From assembly GCA_002633005.1 (NCBI GenBank), contig NMRA01001031.1, forward strand, positions 1 to 48,796: DNA of 48,796 bases, read 5' to 3'. The position numbers were made by a program, and so were the translations under genes. The DNA comes from Phoronis australis. Lineage: Eukaryota > Animalia > Phoronida. This document shows, piece after piece, positions 37,378-48,796 of this stretch (position 1 is the stretch's first letter; the number at the start of each line of letters is the position of its first letter). The notes below the pieces were generated by a model. The model did no database searches, was not told where the DNA came from, and was given only the letters and a program-made list of their open reading frames with translations.

Positions 37378-37759
37378 GGTGTGTTTCACAGCAGAATTCG
37401 CAACACAAACAAAACTCGATACTTTACACAGAACTCTAGTCCTGGTATTTTGTTATTAGATCGTGCGACCCGAGACTAGCCGTGAGAGTTTGCACTGCGA
37501 ATTTCCGGCTGTCTGAGTTTTGATCGAGTGTTGTTTCAGTAGATATCAAATCCTGTTAAATTTTATTGGTGTGTTTTCACAGCAGAATTTGCAACACAAA
37601 TAAAACTCGATACTTTACACAAAACTCTAATCCTGGTATTATGTTATTAGATCGTGCGACCCGAGACTAGCCGCGAGAGTTTGCACTGTGAATTTCCGAC
37701 TGTCTGAGTTTTGATCAAGTGTTGTTTCAGTAGATATCAAAGCCTGTTAAATTTTATTG
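37378..37759. repeat. Tandem duplication, 2 x about 190 bp
   Basis: Units start at 37378 and 37568 (GGTGTGTTT..CACAGCAGAATT) and are highly similar. Confidence 0.93.
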
Positions 37760-38113
37760 CTCCATTTTGATTTTGTCGTTTTTGTTCATCAAGCAATATT
37801 CTCAGGGTACATTTCCATACAACCAGAGATATCTCAGCAAAATTAGCGAACGCACCTGGTAATTACAGTAGTCATTCATAATAAGCACCGACCGATATCA
37901 CTCTTATGCAATTCGATTTGAAAAACGACGAGTTAAGATAATTTTTACTGACAGTAAATTCGTAGCAACAAACGAATGCAAACAAATTCCACGCATGCGC
38001 GGCGCAACCTCAACGGCGCAAAATCGAAGTTGGCAATCCAGGACTAGTAGTGTTCTATGGTCTGAGATGCACAACAAAATTTATAGGTTTCGTGCAGAAA
38101 ATTTTCACTTCAC

Positions 38114-38199
38114 ATGTGTAAAGACATCACGGAATTGCAGAGGGCTGAGCAGAATGTCCATGCGCATGATAGTTTCTCTGATCACAGGAGACTTGAAAA
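38114..38199 (-). CDS. Candidate linking exon of the VWA-MIB/HERC2-WWE gene
   Basis: Good acceptor (caattttacag); phase 1 to 0 as needed between exons 43321 and 37039; open (V)FKSPVIRETIMRMDILLSPLQFRDVFTH; donor gtgaag is weak. Confidence 0.35.
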
Positions 38200-39349
38200 C
38201 TGTAAAATTGACAATGTTCAAGGGTATGCGATTAAGGTCGCAGGCTATATGTACAACGTTAGGTTGAAGGACAAGGTGCAATAGTTTAAATAATACTGTA
38301 AACTACCAGTTCAAATGGATCGTCCAAGTTAAGAGCTGGCCTTTCATCTGAAGTAACTGCGCCTATCATCCAGTTCTTGAGGTCGTGTTTGTTATGTATA
38401 ACGTCAACAATGCGTGCCTTATCTAAAAACAACATACAAAAGTCACATACATGTCAAGTTGGCTTATAAATATTGACTTCAATAACAAGGTTACGCCTCA
38501 GCGTCGAACAGAAAGATGTGACAAACGGAAAGTTTTGTATTTTCCTCTCGCTCACATGTTTGCGTCACAGTTTGAGCTGAAGACTCTCTCCTTTTGAGAA
38601 TGGGTTGTAGGTAACAGATGTACAAATTCATCGTGAACGGAAAGGGTCTCAAATGACGACGGGGTTGCAAATTGTACAGCAGATAACAAGAAGCTTACAG
38701 AGATTATGTATATTCCTGACATTATTCTGGCACGTCCAAATATTCCAAATCTGAATTTCAAACTTCAGAGATATCATTTTTCTTTTTTGTTCTGAACCTT
38801 CGTCCAAAAGCCGACATTATAATGCGGCTCATTTAGGACCACTTGGTTAGCAATGGAAAGTTGTGGAACAGCATTAAAGGCATTTTATCATGTTCAAAGT
38901 GTTAAACAACACTGTCTGCAAACAACTGTTTTGCTGTCTTAAGTCGAAACTTTCACCATCATAACTTTCGCTATATTCATGATTCTTTTTTCAGTCCAGA
39001 TCATGTTAATTGTAGTAAAAATAGCTTCAGTAAAACTGGAGCTAAATTGTGGCAATACGAAATTACTTATACTTTGCTTTCTTATTTTCAATATGTTGTA
39101 AAAAGTAATTTTCATTCCTTATTTGTTAATGTATTCTTCGTTTGGTTTATAGCAAACAAAAGCTCCCCTAATGGTTACACGTAAAAACACTAAATTAACA
39201 CGTGACCCATATTACTCTACTCCATCAACCCATTGAGTACACGCACTTGGCAGACGCAATTCCGAATTTTAGTCCTAGTGCAAGCGAAAACGTCTGTAGA
39301 CATTATGCGTGTATGTTACCTTGTTAACAAGCATCAAGAACAGAAGGGT

Positions 39350-39945
39350 GTAGTTAACAAGGCTACTGACGTTTGTCTTCCTGACGAAGAATTTGTGCAC
39401 AGTTAGGAGAAGCAACTTCTGCTGTGGACACTTGATCTGGGGAATCACTGGACCCTACGATATTGAGACAGAAGTGAAGGTGACATGACCAGATTTTCTC
39501 TGCGGAATCACCGATCCCTCTGGGTAGAAACCTAAAGCAGATGGTCAGACAAGTGGAAACAATGGTAGTTGTGAACGCTATCTGTGGACAGCAACTTGGA
39601 CCAAACACCAATCCTAAATGACAGAGGAATGTGGCCTTGTTGGCTACAAGGGTTTGTCTAGTCGTTTGTCGTCTTTTACCATAATTCTAGGGATTCTATG
39701 CGAGTGTGCAAAAGCAATTTGCGTTGTGGACATTTCTTCTGGGAATCATTGAACCGTATTGCGCTTAGCCGGAAATTAACGGGAGATGACTAGACTTACT
39801 CTGTATTATTGCTGTGTCATTTGGCTATAAGGTTAAGTGAAAGGACCAGGAAAGCGGAAGCAGTGGTGGTAGTGGACGCTATCTGTGGATGGTAACTTGG
39901 TTCAAATGCCAAGCATCGGTAGCAGATGAATGTGGCCTACATGGA
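39350..39945. repeat. Old degenerate tandem duplication, period about 300 bp
   Basis: TGTGGACA..GGGAATCA and ACGCTATCTGTGGA..AACTTGG..GAATGTGGCCT each occur twice, about 300 bp apart. Confidence 0.65.
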
Positions 39946-40808
39946 TGGACTTCCACAACTTCTCTCTGAAGAACCTAACTGCTATTTATTGTGCGAGGAT
40001 TTGCGTGAGTTCTATATCAGGAGTTTTGTACAATGGACCGATCAATTTGGCCTACGCTCTTCTGATGCTATTCACATATCGGACCACTCACTATCTTATT
40101 CATGGGCTTGACCGAAGACTAGGTAATTGCGGTCGTAGACCAACTCACCTCTTTAGCTTATGAGTCAAAGTAAAAAAACGAACATAAAGTCAGGCAAAAG
40201 AGGAACATGAGTGCTGAACCACATTCCCGTCCAGTTCTCTGAATTAACATAACGCTCTGTAACCCTCGACATTCCTAAAAAATTTGGAGCCAAATTTGTA
40301 AACTCCTTACAAAGCCTGCTAATCGGGCCAGTTTGATCTTCGCTTTAGGTGAGTCACACAACAACTGAAAGTAAGACCACCCACCATGAACCAGAATGTC
40401 CAGTTTGTGACACAGAGAGTATGATTTTTACATAAACTCTGCTTTTATCACCCATGTGGGATTGCAGTGACAGAACGAGGCCTTACTAGTTGAAAACACC
40501 AAAGCAGGCTTTAGAATCCTTTTAAGGGGATCTAAAGTCATGGAACGAACGGCATGCGATGTTACAGCTGCCATTAATGTTTTAGGTAGCCCAAATTAAG
40601 AGGATGAATCAAACTTGCAACCGTAAACGCAAATTAACACAACCAGGAGACCATACACCACCATGGAATAGCGATAGGCTCATATTCCATGGGGGTATTC
40701 CAATATTACATGACTTTTCAGACATTATCTCATACGTGCTGAAGATCTTACACTGAAGGTTCAGGCTTCACATTTGTCATGTCCGTCAACAATATCAGTT
40801 TAAAAGTG

Positions 40809-43240
40809 TTATTACTCTGCGCGTGTAAGCGCAGAGTACTGTTGTTCCTGGGTTTTCTTCAATTTTATTCTTATTCATATTCTTCTTATTCTTATTACTC
40901 TGCGCGTGTAAGCGCAGAGTACTGTTGTTCCTGGGTTTTCTTCAATTTTATTCTTATTCATATTCTTCTTATTCTTATTACTCTGCGCGTGTAAGCGCAG
41001 AGTACTGTTGTTCCTGGGTTTTCTTTAATTTTATTCTTATTCTTATTCTTCTTATTCTTATTGCTCTGCGCGTGTAAGCGCAGAGTACTGTTGTTCCTGG
41101 GTTTTCTTCAATTTTATTCTTATTCTTATTCTTCTTATTCTTATTACTCTGCGCGTGTAAGCGCAGAGTACTGTTGTTCCTGGGTTTTCTTCAATTTTAT
41201 TCTTATTCTTATTACTCTGCGCGTGTAAGCACAGAGTACTGTTGTTCCTGGGTTTTCTTCAATTTTATTCTTATTCTTATTCTTATTCTTCTTATTCTTC
41301 TTCCGACCAACTTTGAGGCTTAATAACTCCAAAATGGGTGCAGGTACGGTCTTTAAATTCAGCATATGATTTTTGACAGTATATAAATTTTGATTGGTTT
41401 TATAATCATATTCCGAATTGCACCGGAATAGGTCGTTTGGTGCAAAGGTCATATAATTTTCAAAACGCTACTCCTCCTGTTATATATGTCTTACGTTTTT
41501 CAAGGAATTATTTTCAATTTCAGCACACTGGTGTAAGTCAACATGCCAATTGAATACCCTACATTACTTTGCAATAGGCCTAACCGATCAGAAAATATAG
41601 GTCAAAGGTCAATGAGTGCAAACTAATAGTTTGAGCTAGAGACCTCAGAATTGCGTATCTGTTTACTAAGTACGATTGAGTTTGAATTATAAATTTTCAG
41701 GTCATTTGGTGCACCCATGGGGTCATTAGGTGCATTTTTCTTCTGAAAATTTGACCACTTCATTCATCTTGTATTCTGAAGTGCTTAAAGTAAAACATCT
41801 GTGATTATTAGCATAAACCACACTTTTTAATCGAGTTAACAATTACTCCCTCATCGGGGCTCATAATGCACCGGAAGAGGTCATTTAGTGGAAAGGTCAT
41901 GAAAAAATTAATATGTAATTTCTCCTACAATTTTAAAGAATTCCTTTTCATATTGGTAAACGGGTTGCTGTCGGTAACTTCCCATAATAATTCCAGTAAT
42001 ACGCACGCGCAGAGTCCGTTATTGTCACGCCGTGACAATAATCTTTCTAGTTCTTATTCTTATTCTTCTTATTCTTCTTTCGACCAATTTTGAGGCTTAA
42101 TAACTCCAAATTGGGGGCAGGTACGGTCTTTAAATTCAGCATGTGACTTTTGACAGTATATAAATTTTGAGTGGTTATATAATCATATTCTATATTGCAC
42201 CGGAAGAGGTCAATTGGTGCAAAGGTCATGTAATTTTCAAAATGCTACTCCTCCTCCACTTTTAAAGCTATCTTTTTCAAATTCGATGCACAGGTGTAAG
42301 TCAACATGACAATTGAAAAAAATACTTTTCTAAGTAATCGGGTCATCCAATCAGGTGAAATAGGTCAAAGGTCATTAGGTGCAAACTAAAATTTAGAGCC
42401 AGACACTTCAAATTGACAGGTCAGATTGCCACAGGTATGTCAAATCGGAATTTTCAGGTCATTTAGTGCAAACATGGGGTCATTAGGTGCACTTTTCTTC
42501 TGAAAATTTGACATTTTCAATCAGCAAATGTTCTAATGTGTCAACCGTTAGACAACTGTGATTCTCAGCGTTAAACACATTTTCCATGGGCTTTGCAATA
42601 ATTCTCCTAAAGATGCTTAAAATGCACCGGATAAGGTCAGTTAGTGCAAAGGTCATGTAACGCTCAAAATGTTAAATCTCTTACCTTTTTCAAGGAATTC
42701 TTTTCAATTTCAGCACACTGGTGTAAGTCAACATGCCAAATGAATACCCTACTTTACTTCGCAATAGGCCTAACCAATCAGCAAAAATAGGTCAAAGGTC
42801 ATTGAGTGCAAACTAAAATTTTGAGCTAGAGACTTCAGAAATACGTATCTGTTTACTAAGTGCGATTGAGTTTGAATTTTAAATTTTCAGGTCATTTGGT
42901 GCACCCATGGGGTCATTAGGTGTATTTTTCTTCTGAAAGTGTGACCACTTCATTCATCTTGTATTCTGAAGTGCTTAAAGTAAAACATCTGTGATTATTA
43001 GCATTAACCACACTTTTAATCGAGTTAACAATTACTCCCTCATCGGGGCTCATAATGCATCGGAAGAGGTCAATTTGTGGAAAGGTCATCAAAAATCAAT
43101 ATGTAATTTCTCCTGCAATTTTAAAGAATTCCTTTTCATATTGCTAAAAGGGTTGCTGTCAGTAACTTAACATAATAATTCCAGTAATACGCACGCGCAG
43201 AGTCCGTTATTGTCACGCCGTGACAATAATCTTTCTAGTT
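40809..43240 (+). mobile_element. Helentron-associated (HINE/DINE-1-like) composite: six tandem 5' heads, two bodies, two 3' ends
   Basis: Head TTATTACTCTGCGCGTGTAAGCGCAGAGTA plus (TTCTTA)n at 40809, 40892, 40975, 41058, 41141, 41209. 3' subTIR CACGCGCAGAGT, hairpin TTATTGTCACGCCGTGACAATAA and CTAG-TT end at 42052 and 43240. Internal repeats of about 430-450 bp. Confidence 0.85.
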
Positions 43241-43320
43241 ATCATTGTGAAGGAGTCGAGCGGTAAAACTGACACGTCGCAGGAATCGAAACGCGTTGTC
43301 AAGCATACCAAAAGTATTAC

Positions 43321-43453
43321 CTGCAAACGGAGCGACAAATCTGTTGACATAGTAACTTCTTCTATATAACCCACTTATGCGACGTAGTCCAATGTCGTCA
43401 TCGTAGGTTGTAAAAACTCCTTTCCCAGTGCTGGCAATAGAACTCAGAAAATC
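43321..43453 (-). CDS. VWA-MIB/HERC2-WWE gene, end of VWA-like domain
   Basis: tttacag|...|gtaata; 133 bp, phase 0 to 1; DFLSSIASTGKGVFTTYDDDIGLRRISGLYRRSYYVNRFVAPFA, matching the L..IA..G.G.F end of VWA domains. Confidence 0.8.
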
Positions 43454-44532
43454 CTGTAAATACAGCGCATAAGCAAATATACATCAAACAGCATGTACTA
43501 TTAAATGACGAACTCTTATCAAAATGCCATATGCATGAGATCATTTTCACTCTTAAATCAAACGCGCATGACTCGGAACGCATTGTCACGGCAAGAGTTC
43601 ATGCAGGTGAGTGCAATTTACATGTACAAGCATCATCAAAAACTGGATCAACACTTAAGCTAGCCTTGGTACCGATGTAGGTAAAAAAGTGGTAGATAAA
43701 ATCTGACATAAAATTAGTGTCATTAAAAACTACAGTCTTCCTTGAGTAAATAAACTAAATTATTTAACGGTGTTGGAAAAAATGGCGTCCTGCCGTTATT
43801 CTGCTGCTAAAGTTGTGGAGCGATCTTTAGCGACGGCTTTCGGCGCCATGAAATATTGCGTCACCTACTGGTAAGTTTCTCTTTTCGCCGATTCTTCAAT
43901 CAACTGTTCTTCTTTCACGAGGTTGCGTACACGTCACAACAAATTATCGGAACTGGTTTCACTTCATTAAAAGTTTTAAGAGTTTTGATACCGAAAAACT
44001 CAATCTCAGAAGAAATTTTGCTGCGCGTGACACGAGCACACTTTTTTCAAAACGACGACATACTTTTCTTTGTTAGAAAAGGCGGAGAGTTACGCAAGAA
44101 AATGACGTTTATTGCACCGTTTTTTCACTTAAAAGTATGTAACGGACAAGGGGAGTGTCGGTTGATTCCCAGATTTTGCATGCACCCCGTTCGGTCTTTA
44201 GCTTTACATGTTGGTAGGAGTTTCGCGGCGCGGTGACGAGCAGAACTACCCTGGCTGTGTGCAATTTCGGGGTCCACGGAAGAAATATGTACAGTGGTAC
44301 CTAGCTGTATTTTAACGACAGTCTTCATACAGCTTGCTGGCTGGCTACACTGAAGCCTGCCACAAAAAGTCAGTTTGCGCACGGTTGGGTTAACAATGAT
44401 GAATGTTCAAAATCATCTGGACAACGGAAACTCGGAAACTAGTATGGCGACCTAAACTTCCGCCGGATCCAAGATGTCGCAAAGGCAAGAAAAGTACACG
44501 GGAAGAAACACTTATACAGAGAGACTACATAC

Positions 44533-44637
44533 CTTGTCACATTGTTCGCCACAGGCAACAACATTCAAATGAACAGCAGGTACCATACCTTCATAATTCT
44601 GCCACAGACTCACGGCTGTGAAAACTCTCATTCGAGC
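44533..44637 (-). CDS. VWA-MIB/HERC2-WWE gene, most upstream exon found (VWA-like strand)
   Basis: ccaacag|...|gtatgt; 105 bp, phase 0 to 0; ARMRVFTAVSLWQNYEGMVPAVHLNVVACGEQCDK. Confidence 0.75.
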
Positions 44638-47600
44638 CTGTTGGTAAGAAACAATTATAATTGTTTTTACTCATTGTCTTAAAAAGTAAAAACTGCAGTC
44701 GATTGGTTTAGCTTGTTGAAAAAGAAAATCGAGTTAGGCTTTTGCCTCTCCTAAAATATGTTTCATGTTGTCCCTTATCCTGATAGAATTCTATTTCAGT
44801 TACCAAAAAGAACATGGGAACTATTGGCAACTCAAAAACGCTTCCTTTATTGGGGTTGGACAACCCTAAACTTGGGAATTCGAGAATGGTGCATGTACGC
44901 ACTGCTTCTGACTTGAGTCAGTAACGGAAGTATAAACTATCACCATAAAGAATATTATGAGACTGATTTTATGAAAATAAAATTATATTCGTTTTTAGCC
45001 TGCTAAACACGGCGAAATATAGCTTTAACGATTCACCATGAACCTGGAAAAATATATAACGACAAAAAACAAACATCAAAATAACATTTCTGCAACTTGA
45101 CTTTTCAGAAACCAGCAAAAGCATGTCGTTTACCGAAAACAACGGTAAACACCTCAGCTTAATACTAACAACAAACGGATACCAATGCAAGCCAGATAAG
45201 TTGAAACGGAAGCCAGAATAACGCTTACTGAACACAACTCAATGTTTCCAAAATACCCTGAATTTAATATGATAGTATAAGTTTTGTTTATAGTTTTTGT
45301 AGTGTATAACCACCTAACGTAACCTCTGTAGAGAGTGACAGATGACTCATGCATTATGGGCACTCACTCAACTGATAGTATACACATGTATGTACATGTA
45401 CTGAGGAAACCCGCCTACTTAAAAAGCTTGAAAAATTGATAGGGAAATAAAGGAAACACAAAAGGGCCTGCAAATAACGACATGAATGCATTTTAGTGGT
45501 ATCTTTCGACTAACAAATATCGTCCAGTGTTTTTGAATTGGTGAATGCAAAAGAAATAGTAGCTTTATTAGTCACTCGTTACAGATTTTAAAGAAGCTGG
45601 AAACCCTATACAGAATTTGACCTAAGAGGTTCGACATACATTGTATTTTTCCAAAAAACCGTTAAACAATATTTTTTTGCAACATAGACTAACTCAAAAA
45701 CGCATTTGCATATAATTTTTAAGTACTAGTCCACGAGAGCACCAGCCATGAGCGGCAAGGTGGGGGTCAGCCGATTTTCACCAAATTTGGCACATAGGTA
45801 GTCCTATGGGATCTATAAATAGCGGTAAAATATTTCCTCAAAATATTGCGTTTTTCTAAAGTTATAGGCTCAAACACATTTTACGGCTTCGCAGCCANTT
45901 TTCACGGTATGAAAACTGTCCAGTTTTAACTGTTCATATTTTTCCTTGAATGAAAGCTATTGATTTATTATTCACTTGGCATTGTTTAGTGGAGCCTATA
46001 GATTGTTACACAGATGTCTTTTGAAACACGATTCCGATTTACCACCCTCATTTAGTAGTTTTACTACACTGCCCCCCGTTATGCCATTTTGAGGTTGTGT
46101 TCAGTACACTGCTGTACCAAATCTGCCCCTACTGTTATGAGAATGAAACTTACCCAAAATGTTGACAAAACATGTTACTTTCATTGCATAAAATAAAACT
46201 TTGTCAGCCAGTTTATTAGCTATACATTTTGGCACCTCAAATGTACTAAAATGAGAAATTTTCATATATCTGAGATCGATGCGTGAGCACCGTAAAATCC
46301 GATTGTCCGTCATGTTTTTCGAAATTTTGCAACCAGTTAGTTCCTCCTGAATGTTTTGAATGTTTTACTACTTATCACTTAAGGCTATAGTACCCCTAAA
46401 TACCATACATGGCTCCATTTTGTAAAAAGCCGATGATGTCCTCCACAGTGAACAGGGTTAGACATGAACTCGACAAATGTAGGTTATTTTGATTTACAGT
46501 TGTTCAAGTTTACTTTGCAATTTCCTCATGGGTATTTCTTCACACATATTCAAGTCAGATTTTCTGTTGATCAAATGTTCATGCAATGCATTGTAATATC
46601 AAATGAATGATAAGTTTGGTGGCATGACCGCAATTTTTCCCACGACTTAAAACAAAAGACCGCAGAAATTTTCCTGACGAAATACCCGGTTTGCAGTTCT
46701 CTAAAAACCATGATTCGAATGACAAGACAAACGCCACCACTGTCCATGGCAACTCGTCGCATGTTTTTCGCCCATCGGTCCTATCATTGTTTTCCTTTGT
46801 TGTGTCATTGTTGGATATAACAAAACAGGTCGCATGGATATAGAACCTTGCGTACATCAGACCGTTGCCGATAAGTGCTCGTCATTATATCTTTATTATA
46901 ACAACGGGAACAATGAAGATGCTAATCTATTGTTCTCTGTTCGACCAGGTTTCCCGTGGATGACCACAGAAGAGGAATCCCAAAGTATCCACAAACAATG
47001 ACCACGCACCTTAGTAACTATTACCGCGCATACGAATCCTTTCCGTGGAACCTAAACACCAAATTTTTATGTCCGTGTATTGTGTTAATTGTATTGCTCA
47101 TGGTACGGGTTCAGACTCTGTTGTATTAAGATTCCAATCCCCAAACCTGTAATATGTAGTTTGAGTAAAATTTCTAGACAATGCAGGTTTATGGATTTAT
47201 TTTCCTTTAAATGAAGAGTAAAAATCAAATTCTGCACAGGTTTTTTTAAAAGTAATCACTTATTGGAAGATCACACATCTAAAAAATAAAACAATGTTTG
47301 ACAATTTTATTCATTATCTTATTTGAAAATTGCCTACCTCACAGACAACTCATCTAAGTTGAAAATATTCCTTGTGAAAAAATATAAAATACCAACCAGA
47401 GACTTGTGTACTACAAAATATGTTTTTGTAATACAATGCAAAGATAACTGTACAGTCAAAAGTGCAAATGTTATGACTCTAATAAAAAATTGCCTTCTAG
47501 ATATTTTCAACACTCTAATTGCTACAGGACAGAGTCAACCACACAAAGCCCATAAAGTCGGGAATTACATTTAAGGTGATGCAGTCTCACTGCGAAAAAG

Positions 47601-48796
47601 TGATTTCGCAATATCGCTGACAACACTGGAAATCTCTTTTTCACAATCCACATCAATGTTCTTATCAAAACTAACCACCACAAAATGAAAAACTGGCTTG
47701 TCGGTTCCAATTAGGCAGCATTTTACAATGAAATGGTCATGAAAAAATACTTTTGCAACATGGTTTGCATTACAATTGCCCTACGATTACAGTTGTATAT
47801 ACATACTAGACCAGTAACAAAATTACCCATGGGAACCATAAAATGGTCAATTTGCCAAAAAACAAGGAGCCACCNTTCGCCAAAAAAAAAACAAGGAGCC
47901 ACCAGAGCTAATGTGCCACTACTTTTCAGTACTACAACAAAAAATCATTTGTAGTGGACATGAACTCGACTAAAATCACATAAAACAACTTTTGATTTAG
48001 ACATTTTACCATCACGAAATAGGTATTACTTCCAGGTCACTTTCAACAATTTCAGAACTTTGAAAGATCTGGCAATATGCAATTGCTACTACACTAATAA
48101 TGTGCGATTTTATACACACAGCATGGTCTCAAGGAATAGCAAACTGTCAATTCGCTACAATTCGAGAAATCACTTCCCATCTGGATAAGGAACAAACTGA
48201 GCAAAGCTTATAGAGGTAAATGGTCTAAATCAAAACATATTACCTCCTGGACAGAATATGGGTTTACAACCCAGGCAGAAAGATAAGTTAACAAAACCAG
48301 CCTAACTTCAACAGGGTCTCAAATTTCAGTAATATATACCCATTTACAAACAAAAATCTACAATGGTAAATAAAATGCGGAAACATAACTTCAGATCAAT
48401 TACGCATCTTCAAGGAAAAGGAATAGTACAGAGGTCAGAAATCATCTAAATATGATGGCGACACTGAGTAATCCTGTCAGACCAAAAAATCCAGTGGCTA
48501 AACAAAATGAACAATGTACCATTACCATGTGGCCCAGGATCATAATCCGTGCCTGGACAAAAACTCAGTCTTAGACTAGGTAAATTTTAGACTTGTGCTG
48601 TTCACACAAGCAGTTCTGGTGCAAACAAAGCTTGCGACAACACACAAGCCTACTTCCCTACACAGCTGTGCTGATACAATAATGCCCCCACTGGATTTAG
48701 CAGATCAGCCAGAGTATTTACAGGTCCAGCCACTGTACTGTTTCCTCCCATTGAATTTTTACAATGCTACATCCTTGACAATCGCAGATTGCCTCT

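Noticed and set aside
40809-41300. CRISPR-like array of repeated palindromic units
   Set aside because: Spacers are identical microsatellite, there are no cas genes and the context is eukaryotic; explained as HINE heads.
43780-44393. piggyBac-like remnant (MASCRYSAAKVVE start; GGG|TTAA right end)
   Set aside because: No matching left TTAA|CCC terminus or transposase core found.
45718-46400. Probable non-autonomous DNA transposon fragment(s)
   Set aside because: Looks repeat-like, but I could not pair termini or identify a TSD.
46579-46857. Possible upstream VWA exon (TDGRKT)
   Set aside because: Lacks the hydrophobic strand before TDG and has no convincing splice sites.
4990-48796. Most remaining 60-130 aa ORFs in the track
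   Set aside because: No recognisable motifs, often non-ATG starts, and lie in introns or repeats; expected by chance.

Overview
Eukaryotic, AT-rich, transposon-dense genomic DNA, most likely from a marine invertebrate (not identifiable further). Main contents: (1) A full-length but decayed Ty3/gypsy LTR retrotransposon (Mag-like; 507-4778; 158-bp LTRs, GTACC target duplication, elongator tRNA-Met PBS), inserted into what looks like a Crypton-type tyrosine recombinase remnant. (2) An internally deleted Academ DNA transposon (5249-8474). (3) Three non-autonomous Kolobok elements (TTAA TSD; convergent THAP-transposase and KolX stumps). (4) MITE/foldback elements, including a palindrome of two head-to-head tRNA-like units. 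(5) LINE and Penelope remnants. (6) A nested Helentron-associated (HINE/DINE-like) array. (7) A spliced host gene on the minus strand that the ORF track largely misses: at least nine exons between 44637 and 18561, with one linking exon unresolved and the 5' end not found. It encodes the end of a VWA-like domain, a degenerate plus a canonical MIB/HERC2 repeat, and a C-terminal WWE domain. All calls come from reading the sequence by eye; no searches were run.
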